The notes: a model not told the origin generated them from the sequence alone. A DNA stretch of 64,000 bases from Nitrospirota bacterium (GCA_040753955.1 JBFMDQ010000003.1:17312-81311); one strand, 5' to 3'. Counted from the stretch's first letter, positions 38,966 through 47,030 are shown. Translations and numbers: made by a program.

Positions 38966-39190
38966 CTCCAATGATCAATAACCAAATACCAATAACCAAA
39001 TAAATTCCAATAATCAAAAACCAATAACCAAACAACATTAACCCTTAATTAGCAACTGAACCACTTGCACGGATTAACTGTGAAATGAGTTCTCTGTGGT
39101 TCTCTCTTCAAGGTCGAATTTTTGTTTGGTTATTGGAATTTTCTTCATTGGTTATTATTTGGATCTTGGAATTTGGTGTTTGGTTATTAT
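38966..39190. repeat. Long inverted repeat of ~70-nt heptamer-periodic arms (ATAACCA/AATACCA words) filling the hypE-pdxJ spacer
   Basis: The arm at 38966-39036 faces the inverted arm at 39121-39190, with an 84-nt centre. A third copy of the arm lies at 46935-47000. Confidence 0.75.
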
Positions 39191-39195
39191 CTGCA

Positions 39196-40194
39196 TCAGC
39201 ATATTCTCGGCAACTGGTCTCCTGAGAGCATCTCAACTATTCTGGTGCCACCTATAGATGTCTTCAGTAAGACCATTCCTGCTGGTGCCTCCTGCACATA
39301 TCCGATTAAACGGGTTTCCTTCCCAAGTGGATGTTTTCTCATGATACTAACAAGCGTTTCTGCTACGTCAGGGCTTATTATTGCAACAAGTATCCCTTCA
39401 TTGGCTACATAAAGTGGGTCAAGGCCGAGGAGTTCACATGCCCCCTTTACTCCTGACGGAACAGGTATAGACTCTTCTTCAATCACGATACAGTATCCTG
39501 AATCCCCTGCGATCTCTTTGAGGGATGTTGCAAGACCTCCCCTTGTAGGGTCTCTCATGGCATGTATCTCCTTAGTTGTATTCAGCATATCCCTGACGAG
39601 ACTATTCAGGGGTGCTGTATCACTTAATACGGGTGGGTCGAAAGTGAGGCCATTTCTTTCTCCAATAATTGAAATTCCATGATTTCCAATAGGGCCACTT
39701 AGAATAACCTTATCAGCAGGCATTACCCTCGAAGGCGATATATCAAGCCCCTCTTCGATTATTCCGATCCCGGATGTATTGATGAATATTCCATCTCCCT
39801 TGCCTTTGTTAACTACCTTTGTGTCTCCGGCAACTATCTTTACCCCTGCCTTTTCTGCGGCCTCTGACATAGAAGATAGAATCCTCTTTAAATCTTCGAG
39901 GGGGAAGCCCTCTTCAAGAATAAAACCTGCCGTAAGGCAAAGGGGTCTTGCCCCAACCATCGAAAGGTCGTTCACAGTGCCATAAACAGCGAGTCCTCCA
40001 ATATCCCCCCCGGGAAAGAATATAGGAGAGACAACATAAGAGTCTGTTGTTAAGGCAATCCTTCCATGATTTATCCCCTCAAGGACAGCAGAATCATTGA
40101 GTGATTTAAGCTCAAATTCAGGGGCAAAATGCCCCCTGATTAGCTGGTGCATCATTCTTCCACCACTGCCATGGCCAAGGAGAATTCTATCCAC
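39196..40194 (-). CDS. hypE: Hydrogenase maturation carbamoyl dehydratase HypE
   Basis: It has the AIR-synthase-like fold motifs HGSGG and a C-terminal PRIC. A GTG start at 40194 overlaps the hypD stop; the tracked ORF extends to 40257. Confidence 0.9.
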   Translation of the reverse strand: MDRILLGHGSGGRMMHQLIRGHFAPEFELKSLNDSAVLEGINHGRIALTTDSYVVSPIFFPGGDIGGLAVYGTVNDLSMVGARPLCLTAGFILEEGFPLEDLKRILSSMSEAAEKAGVKIVAGDTKVVNKGKGDGIFINTSGIGIIEEGLDISPSRVMPADKVILSGPIGNHGISIIGERNGLTFDPPVLSDTAPLNSLVRDMLNTTKEIHAMRDPTRGGLATSLKEIAGDSGYCIVIEEESIPVPSGVKGACELLGLDPLYVANEGILVAIISPDVAETLVSIMRKHPLGKETRLIGYVQEAPAGMVLLKTSIGGTRIVEMLSGDQLPRIC

Positions 40195-41254
40195 GATATA
40201 CCCCTGAATACTTATAATATGCTGCGCAGCTTCCTTCAGTGCTAACCATACATGCACCTACAGGCCTTTCGGGAGTGCAGGTCCTTCCAAAGAGGGGGCA
40301 ATCTGTCGGTATCTTGACTCCCCTTAGGACAGAGCCACAGATGCAGGATTTTGGTTCCTTAGAATCTGGAATATCAATATGGAATAACTTTTCGGCATCC
40401 CAGCGTCCGAACTTATCCCTCAATCTCAGTCCGCTCCGGGGAATCATCCCTATTCCCCTCCAGTTCGCATTGCATGGCTCAAAGTATTCATTCATGAGAG
40501 ACGTAGCCTTTTGATTGCCTTCCTCTCTTACAACCCTCTTATATTGAATCTCGACATCTGCCCTGCCAGATGAAATCTGTTCAAGGAGCATCATAATAGC
40601 CTGAAGTATGTCCTCTGCATCAAAACCTGTTATGACCGAGGGCACTCTATAATCAGATGCTATAAATTCATAGGGTCTACTCCCTATAATTGTACTCACA
40701 TGTCCGGGGAGAATAAAACCTTCTACCCTGACATCATCAGAATCAAGGAGGGCCTTCATGGCTGGAGGAATTGTCTTATGCGCGGAGTATATATAAAAAT
40801 TATCAACCCCTATCCTTTCTGCCTCAAAGAGGGTTCCAGCAACAGAGGGCGATGTTGTTTCAAAACCTGTTGCAAAGAATACAATATTCCTCTCTTTATT
40901 TTCTGATGCAAGTTTTAATGCATCCATTGAGGAATAGACAACCCTTATATCAGCACCCTCTGCCTGTGCATGATAAAGAGATTGCTTACTTCCAGGCACC
41001 CTCATCATATCTCCGAAGGTAGCGAGGATAAAGTCATTCATCTTCGAAATAGCAATAGCAGTATCCACATCTTTTATCGGGGTAACACACACAGGGCAGC
41101 CTGGGCCACTCAGGAAGATAATGCCTTCAGGGAGAATCTCCCTTATGCCATGTCTGAATATTGCTACAGTATGCGTCCCGCATACCTCCATGAGCCTTAC
41201 CGGTCTGCCGATTGAATCCATTAAATCCCTTATCCTTTTAATTATGTTTTTCAT
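40187..41254 (-). CDS. hypD: Hydrogenase maturation Fe-S protein HypD
   Basis: The 355-aa ORF has the motifs CGTHT, GPGCPVCV and FETT, plus a C-terminal Cys cluster. Confidence 0.95.
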   Translation of the reverse strand: MKNIIKRIRDLMDSIGRPVRLMEVCGTHTVAIFRHGIREILPEGIIFLSGPGCPVCVTPIKDVDTAIAISKMNDFILATFGDMMRVPGSKQSLYHAQAEGADIRVVYSSMDALKLASENKERNIVFFATGFETTSPSVAGTLFEAERIGVDNFYIYSAHKTIPPAMKALLDSDDVRVEGFILPGHVSTIIGSRPYEFIASDYRVPSVITGFDAEDILQAIMMLLEQISSGRADVEIQYKRVVREEGNQKATSLMNEYFEPCNANWRGIGMIPRSGLRLRDKFGRWDAEKLFHIDIPDSKEPKSCICGSVLRGVKIPTDCPLFGRTCTPERPVGACMVSTEGSCAAYYKYSGVYRG

Positions 41255-41279
41255 AACTTTTAACTTTTAATTTTTGACT

Positions 41280-43778
41280 TCATCTTCCTGCCTTTATCCT
41301 TTCCCTGATTATATATGCCTGGCCGAGGGATATCCCGGCATCATTACATGCAACCTTTTCGTTGACATAGACTTCCATTCCTATGGATTTAAGCCTTGCG
41401 ATGGTCCTTTCGAGGAGATAAATGTTCTGAAATACCCCCCCGCTCAGAACAACTTCTTTTATCATATAAAGGGAAGAGAGCTTCTGCGCAATTCTAAAAA
41501 TAGCAGTGGCTACGGTGTTATGGAAAAGAGATGCAATAACACCTTCATCCTCTCCTTTTATTGAATCCTCTATAATCCTCAGAAAAGTCTGGGAGAAATC
41601 AATCTCTATGGCCTCTCTGAATTTTATATCTACAGGATAGTCATCAACTACATCAGGTCTCGTTATGGCTTCAAGTGCAATAGCTGCCTCTCCTTCAAAG
41701 GTATTTTTGTCACATATCCCGAGTATGGCTGAGACCACATCGAAGAGTCTCCCGGCTCCTGATGAAAGGGGCGAAAATTGTTTTTTATCGATAATCCTCG
41801 ATATGTTTTCCGTCGTCTCATGACCATACTTATCAAGAAAGCCTATGGACTCAAGATAATCCATCGCCTTATCTTGAGCCATGTTCCAAATATAGCTCAC
41901 AGCTGTCCTCCACGGTTCCTTAATTGCCACTTCACCCCCTGGAAGGGGAATATATCTGAAATGACCTACCCTTTCGAACCCCTCTATATTGGCAATTAAA
42001 ATTTCTCCACCCCAGAGATTTCCATCAGTGCCATAACCGGTTCCATCAAAGGAGAAACCTATAACCCTCCTCTTTATCCCCTTTTCAGCCATCACAGAAG
42101 CAATATGGGCATAGTGGTGCTGTATACCTATCTTTTCAATATCTTCCTGCCGCAATGCCCATTGTGTTGATAGATACCCGGGATGGAGGTCATAGGCAAG
42201 GGCCACAGGCTCTACCCTGTAAACATCTTTAAGGTTTTCTAAGCTCTCCTCAAAAAACCTCAATGTCTCGTAGTTTTCCATATCACCTATATGCTGACTC
42301 GGTATCGCAAAACCTCCCTTTGTGAGGGTGAAGGTGTTCTTAATATCAGCTCCACATCCGAGAACCTCAGGGCCCTCCTCGTGAAAGGGAATGGGGTCAG
42401 GGACATATCCGCGAGAACGTCTTATAAAAAAAGTCGGGAGTCGGGAGTCGGGAGTCAAGGATCCTAATTTTTGATTTTTAATTTTTAATTCTTGACTGAT
42501 GACTCTTACTACTGAATCATCAACCCGCATAAAAATATCTCTATTATGAATAAGAAAGGCATCAGCAATGTCTGAAAGCGTAGAGAAAGCCTCATTATTG
42601 TCTATGACGATAGGCTCTTCCGAGAGGTTGCCACTCGTCATGATAAGGGCATCGAAGTTAGTCGTTAGTCGATAGTCGATAGTCGATAGTCCTGAAGCTG
42701 TAGCCGCAGGCTTCAGCCTGCGAAATTTTTCATTTAAGGGATAAAAAAATAATAGATAATGCAACGGGGTATACGGAAGCATGAAGCCGAGGCAGGGGTT
42801 ATTCGGTGCAATTGCATCGGGAAGAGAGTTTTGCCTCTTTTTAAGTAGCACAATCGGTCTTTTGTTAGAAATTAAAAGCTCCTCCTCTTCTTTAGATACG
42901 TCGCAGAATTTTTTAATCGTTCCAACATCAGGCGCCATCAGGGCAAAGGGTTTGTTACTCTTTCTCTTCCTTAATCTCAACGTCTTTACTGCCTCATCGT
43001 TAGTTGCATCGCAGCCTAAATGAAACCCTCCAAGCCCCTTAATAGCAACAACTTTTCCTTCTTTCATGAGTTTTATTGTCGCCTCTATAGGATTTCCTTT
43101 TTCATAGACTTTTAGCTCTTCACCTAATAATCCCCTCATTCCCTCTTTATCCCTCTTAGTCCCCCCTTGGTAAGGGGGGAAATAGGGGGGTGAGGGGGGA
43201 TTACTTTCATTCTTTACTATTAATTCAACATGTGGACCGCATGCTGCACATGCATTCGGCTGGGCATGGAACCTCCTGTCTTCTGGATTATGGTATTCTT
43301 CCTCGCATTTAGGGCACATCTGAAAAACAGACATGGTAGTGCTCGGTCTATCATAAGGAACAGATTTTGTTATTGTATATCTTGGACCGCAGTTCGTGCA
43401 GTTTATGAATGGATAGAGGTAACGTCTGTCATTCTTATCCAGCAGCTCCCTCAAGCAGTCTTCGCATAACGAGACATCTGGAGAAATGAGGGTGAAACTC
43501 CCTTCGTCCTTACTCCTGACTATCTGAAAATCCTGATAACCATGATAGGGCATGGGAATTATATCAATTTCCATTATCTGTGAAAGAGGCGGGGCCTCTC
43601 TGGTAAGCCTCTCGATAAAGGTGGAGCTATTGTTACCTTCTATCTCGATAGTAACACCCCTGGATGAGTTCATCACGAGGCCCTTGAGATTCAAAGTTTT
43701 GGCAAGGCTATAAACAAAGGGCCTGAAGCCAACTCCCTGGACAATTCCCCTGACTAATATCTTCACCCTGGGTTTCAT
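41280..43778 (-). CDS. hypF: Carbamoyltransferase HypF carrying three in-frame repeat-derived insertions
   Basis: The 832-aa ORF has an acylphosphatase domain, two CxxC-x18-CxxC zinc fingers, a YrdC-like domain (AIKGLGGFHL) and a Kae1-like domain. Extra segments lie at 43116-43211, 42651-42743 and 42426-42500. Confidence 0.9.
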   Translation of the reverse strand: MKPRVKILVRGIVQGVGFRPFVYSLAKTLNLKGLVMNSSRGVTIEIEGNNSSTFIERLTREAPPLSQIMEIDIIPMPYHGYQDFQIVRSKDEGSFTLISPDVSLCEDCLRELLDKNDRRYLYPFINCTNCGPRYTITKSVPYDRPSTTMSVFQMCPKCEEEYHNPEDRRFHAQPNACAACGPHVELIVKNESNPPSPPYFPPYQGGTKRDKEGMRGLLGEELKVYEKGNPIEATIKLMKEGKVVAIKGLGGFHLGCDATNDEAVKTLRLRKRKSNKPFALMAPDVGTIKKFCDVSKEEEELLISNKRPIVLLKKRQNSLPDAIAPNNPCLGFMLPYTPLHYLLFFYPLNEKFRRLKPAATASGLSTIDYRLTTNFDALIMTSGNLSEEPIVIDNNEAFSTLSDIADAFLIHNRDIFMRVDDSVVRVISQELKIKNQKLGSLTPDSRLPTFFIRRSRGYVPDPIPFHEEGPEVLGCGADIKNTFTLTKGGFAIPSQHIGDMENYETLRFFEESLENLKDVYRVEPVALAYDLHPGYLSTQWALRQEDIEKIGIQHHYAHIASVMAEKGIKRRVIGFSFDGTGYGTDGNLWGGEILIANIEGFERVGHFRYIPLPGGEVAIKEPWRTAVSYIWNMAQDKAMDYLESIGFLDKYGHETTENISRIIDKKQFSPLSSGAGRLFDVVSAILGICDKNTFEGEAAIALEAITRPDVVDDYPVDIKFREAIEIDFSQTFLRIIEDSIKGEDEGVIASLFHNTVATAIFRIAQKLSSLYMIKEVVLSGGVFQNIYLLERTIARLKSIGMEVYVNEKVACNDAGISLGQAYIIRERIKAGR

Positions 43779-43828
43779 TAACCATTAATCAGTTTTGCGA
43801 GATCCCATGCTCAAAGGTTTAATTGCAA

Positions 43829-44045
43829 GTTAAAATTATCAATTAACAATTATTAATTTTACTGTTTTTCACAATACGGTTAAGGTTACGATGCCGGTAT
43901 CGTTATTCGGTTACGTCTTTCGGCCTCGAACTCAATAGTATAGAAAAACGAATGACATTGGCCGTTGGACGGCACGGGCTTCTTAACCTTAAACCTCTTT
44001 ACCCTATAATACGGTTAATTTTACATTGATAATTGCTAATTTTCA
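43829..44045. repeat. AATTATC-type hairpin element interrupted by a 124-bp GC-richer insert flanked by an 11-bp direct repeat
   Basis: The 17-mer AATTATCAATTAACAAT (43834-43850) and 20-mer CATTGATAATTGCTAATTTT (44024-44043) are identical to 31277-31293 and 31331-31350. The direct repeat AATACGGTTAA lies at 43873-43883 and 44008-44018. Confidence 0.7.
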
Positions 44046-44687
44046 CCTTATGAGTGACTGTAACCATTCTGCCCATTCGCCTATACCTTCTCCTGTCTTG
44101 CATGAAACCTCAAATATCTTCAAAGTTGGGTTAAGGGATAACGAATTCTTCCTTATCTTTCCTGTATCTGCATTTGTATAAGGCAGGAGGTCAATCTTAT
44201 TCAAGATCAATGCTGAAGATTCCTGGAACATCAACGGATATTTGAGGGGCTTATCGTCCCCTTCTGTTACACTAAGGACCATAACCTTCATGTCCTCACC
44301 AACCTTGAACTCAGCAGGACAGACGAGATTTCCAACATTCTCTATGATAAGGAGATCAAGGTCTTTAAGGGATAAACCAACAATTGCCTCGTTAATCATA
44401 TTAGCATCGAGGTGGCATGCACCACCTGTATTTATCTGAATGACGGGGATGCCGAGGCCTCCTATCCTTTGTGCATCCTCTGTACCAGCAATATCACCCT
44501 CTATAACGCCTACTCTCAGTTTACCCTGATACTCTTTAATCGTCCTCTCTATTAAGGAGGTCTTGCCTGCTCCGGGGGCGCTCATGAGGTTGATAACATA
44601 AACACCTGCCTCATTAAAAAACTTCTTGTTTTCGGCAGCAATTCTCTCATTCGCCTCCATGATTCGTGTTACAACCTTAATCTTCAT
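44043..44687 (-). CDS. hypB: Hydrogenase nickel-incorporation GTPase HypB
   Basis: The 214-aa ORF has the P-loop SAPGAGKTS, ENVGNLVCPA and NKIDL. Confidence 0.95.
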   Translation of the reverse strand: MKIKVVTRIMEANERIAAENKKFFNEAGVYVINLMSAPGAGKTSLIERTIKEYQGKLRVGVIEGDIAGTEDAQRIGGLGIPVIQINTGGACHLDANMINEAIVGLSLKDLDLLIIENVGNLVCPAEFKVGEDMKVMVLSVTEGDDKPLKYPLMFQESSALILNKIDLLPYTNADTGKIRKNSLSLNPTLKIFEVSCKTGEGIGEWAEWLQSLIR

Positions 44688-44708
44688 CCCGTTAAACCTC
44701 CTCTCATA

Positions 44709-45053
44709 TCAGAATACTTCCATCTCATAAATATCTAATTCCCGTCCTGTCTCTACTCGGAATGAGGTATCTCCACACCTCGGACAAAATAAAATATATG
44801 CCTCTTCCACACTGAAATTATTGCTGCAACTGTTACAGAAACCGCTGATGGGTATTTCCTCTATAGTCAGGCATGCCTTCTCTGCAATAGTGCCAATCTT
44901 AACTGCATCGAAGGCAAAAAGGAGTGCATCAGGCATAACACCGGAAGACTTACCTATCTTCACCCTTATCGACTCTATACCTTTATACCCTTCCCTCTTA
45001 CAGTATCCTGTTGCAATCTCGAGCAGGCTGAGGGCAATCGATACCTCATGCAT
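44709..45053 (-). CDS. hypA: Hydrogenase nickel-insertion protein HypA
   Basis: The 114-aa ORF has an N-terminal MHE nickel site and the zinc motifs CxxC...CxxC (CNSC...CPRC). Confidence 0.95.
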   Translation of the reverse strand: MHEVSIALSLLEIATGYCKREGYKGIESIRVKIGKSSGVMPDALLFAFDAVKIGTIAEKACLTIEEIPISGFCNSCSNNFSVEEAYILFCPRCGDTSFRVETGRELDIYEMEVF

Positions 45054-45365
45054 TTATTCCTTAGACAGCCTCTCTTTCTCTTTCTCGTAAGCCTCCTTGC
45101 CTGCCTCAACAGCCTTTGCTATAACGGATTTTTTCTCCTCGAAAAGCTCCTTGCCTTTTTCCACAGTAGATGTGACCTTTCCCTTTACATCCTCGGCATA
45201 ATCCTTTGCCTTGCCCTTCACATCCTCAGCAAGTTCTTTTACCCTCTGTCTTGTCTCGCGGCCTGACTGTGGTGCCAAAAGCAATGCAAGGGCTGCACCT
45301 ACAATACCTCCGAGCAGGAAGGAAAGAAACATACTGCCTGCACTATACCCGCCTTCCTCTCTCAT
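45054..45365 (-). CDS. YtxH domain protein
   Basis: The 103-aa ORF has a TM helix followed by APQSGRETR and a K/E-rich helical tail. Its stop abuts the hypA start. Confidence 0.75.
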   Translation of the reverse strand: MREEGGYSAGSMFLSFLLGGIVGAALALLLAPQSGRETRQRVKELAEDVKGKAKDYAEDVKGKVTSTVEKGKELFEEKKSVIAKAVEAGKEAYEKEKERLSKE

Positions 45366-45389
45366 TGTCTACCTCCTTTCTTAAAGAGA

Positions 45390-45797
45390 TTATTTTAAAA
45401 GATTATTCAATAAAACTCCAAGGGCTGTCCTTATTCCAACCCTAAGGCCTGAAGCCTTTATTAGGGCAGAGGATGTCACATCCTCTAACAGGCTACTAAC
45501 ATGCCTTATATTCTCACCCACATCTTTTACGGCGCCAGAGAATGTCTTGACATTAACCGCAACTTCTTCAATGTCGTCCGATACATTCCTGAGACTCTTC
45601 AGTGTCTGCTGTAGTTCTTCCAGTGTTGTTTTAGTAGATTCCAGTGATGTTTTAGCTGATTCCCCTGTTGTCTTCAAAAACTCCCTCAGAGATCGGGCCG
45701 TCTTCCTCAATTCTATGAGCAGCGGAATGAGAAAACCGGCCGTCACAAGAACGGCAACTACTATTAATCCTATCCATACCTGATTCATGGTAGTCAT
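45390..45797 (-). CDS. DUF948-like membrane-anchored coiled-coil protein
   Basis: The 135-aa ORF has an N-terminal TM helix and long helical repeats, an arrangement typical of the DUF948/YtxH pair. Confidence 0.6.
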   Translation of the reverse strand: MTTMNQVWIGLIVVAVLVTAGFLIPLLIELRKTARSLREFLKTTGESAKTSLESTKTTLEELQQTLKSLRNVSDDIEEVAVNVKTFSGAVKDVGENIRHVSSLLEDVTSSALIKASGLRVGIRTALGVLLNNLLK

Positions 45798-45852
45798 TAT
45801 ATCAAAAAAAGTAAGCAGTGGGAAGTAAAAAAATTATGGTATCCTATTATTC

Positions 45853-46944
45853 ATGGGTGACGAACTTTATATAAAGCGTGCCCTTAGGCTTGCAGCAAAG
45901 GCACGCTGTATGACAAGCCCGAACCCCATGGTTGGGGCTATAATTGTCAAGAATGGGAGAACAATTTCTGAGGATTTTCATAGAAGGCCTGGGACTCCCC
46001 ATGCTGAGGCTCTCGCTATAGAAAAGGCCGGAGAAAATGCCAGGGGTTCCACCCTTTATATAAATCTCGAGCCATGCTGCCATACAGAGAAAAGAACCCC
46101 TCCCTGCACAGAGGCTATCATTAGTGCGGGTATAAAAGAAGTGGTTATTGCTATGACAGACCCAAATCCAAAGGTCTCGGGCAGAGGAATCTCAGAGCTT
46201 CAGAAGGCTGGTATAAAAGTCAGATCAGGTATTCTCGAGAACAAAGCAGAGAGACTTAATGAGGCATATATAAAGTACATGACTACAGGAAAACCCTTTG
46301 TGATACTAAAGATTGCCATGACCCTCGATGGGAAGATTGCTACCCCTGAAGGGCAGTCTAAATGGATAACATCCGAAAAGGCAAGAAAGATGGTTCACCG
46401 TCTGAGAGGCAGCGTTGACGCAATCATAACAGCTATAGGAACAGTTAAAGCAGATGACCCTGAGCTTACGGTAAGGATAAAAGATGGTAAGAATCCCCGA
46501 AGGATCGTTATTGACCCTGACCTTGAAATATCTTTGAATGCAAAGGTTCTTAAGGTACCACCCCCGACAATTATAATAGCGAAAAAGTCAGCAGTCGAAG
46601 AAAAGAAAAAAACATTGTTCAATAAGGGTGTTCAAATCATCGAGTATAAGGGAGAAAAACTAAATCTCCACTGGCTCATGAGAAGGCTTGGGGGAAGAGA
46701 AATCACATCGGTTCTGATAGAGGCAGGCTCCTCGATGAATGCCCATGCCCTCGAAGAAGGAATTGTCGACAAGGTGATATTTTTCATTGCACCGAAGATC
46801 ATCGGAGGGAGAGAGTCATTCCCTGCTGTAGGTGGGAAGTCCTTCAGGAGGCTTGAAGAGGCATACCGTTTAAAGGATGTGAAGGTAAGAAGGGTAGGGG
46901 AAGATATCTTGATTGAAGGATATATAGATAAGAATAACCAATAA
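45853..46944 (+). CDS. ribD: Bifunctional riboflavin biosynthesis protein RibD (deaminase/reductase)
   Basis: The 363-aa ORF has the CDA motifs HAE and PCxH..(x)..PC, plus a C-terminal RibD reductase domain. The last codons and the stop lie in repeat DNA. Confidence 0.95.
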   Translation: MGDELYIKRALRLAAKARCMTSPNPMVGAIIVKNGRTISEDFHRRPGTPHAEALAIEKAGENARGSTLYINLEPCCHTEKRTPPCTEAIISAGIKEVVIAMTDPNPKVSGRGISELQKAGIKVRSGILENKAERLNEAYIKYMTTGKPFVILKIAMTLDGKIATPEGQSKWITSEKARKMVHRLRGSVDAIITAIGTVKADDPELTVRIKDGKNPRRIVIDPDLEISLNAKVLKVPPPTIIIAKKSAVEEKKKTLFNKGVQIIEYKGEKLNLHWLMRRLGGREITSVLIEAGSSMNAHALEEGIVDKVIFFIAPKIIGGRESFPAVGGKSFRRLEEAYRLKDVKVRRVGEDILIEGYIDKNNQ

Positions 46945-47030
46945 CCAAGCACCAAATTCCAAATAAATTACAATGACCAAATTCCAATAACCAAACAAAA
47001 AATCTCTGTAGCCGCAGGCTTCAATCTGCG
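46935..47030. repeat. Composite repeat: one ATAACCA-type arm followed by the 24-nt motif TGTAGCCGCAGGCTTCAATCTGCG
   Basis: The arm resembles 38966-39036. The 24-mer at 47007-47030 matches 42699-42722 inside hypF at 22 of 24 positions. Confidence 0.7.

Noticed and set aside
42433-42690. Tandem short repeats in hypF considered as a possible CRISPR array or minisatellite locus.
   Set aside because: The units are 7 nt with no spacers, only 3-4 copies each, lie inside an intact ORF, and no cas genes are in the window.
41280-43778. Inteins as an explanation for the extra length of HypF.
   Set aside because: The extra segments are only 25-32 residues each. They lack intein splice-junction residues and blocks, and they are encoded by recognisable repeat DNA.
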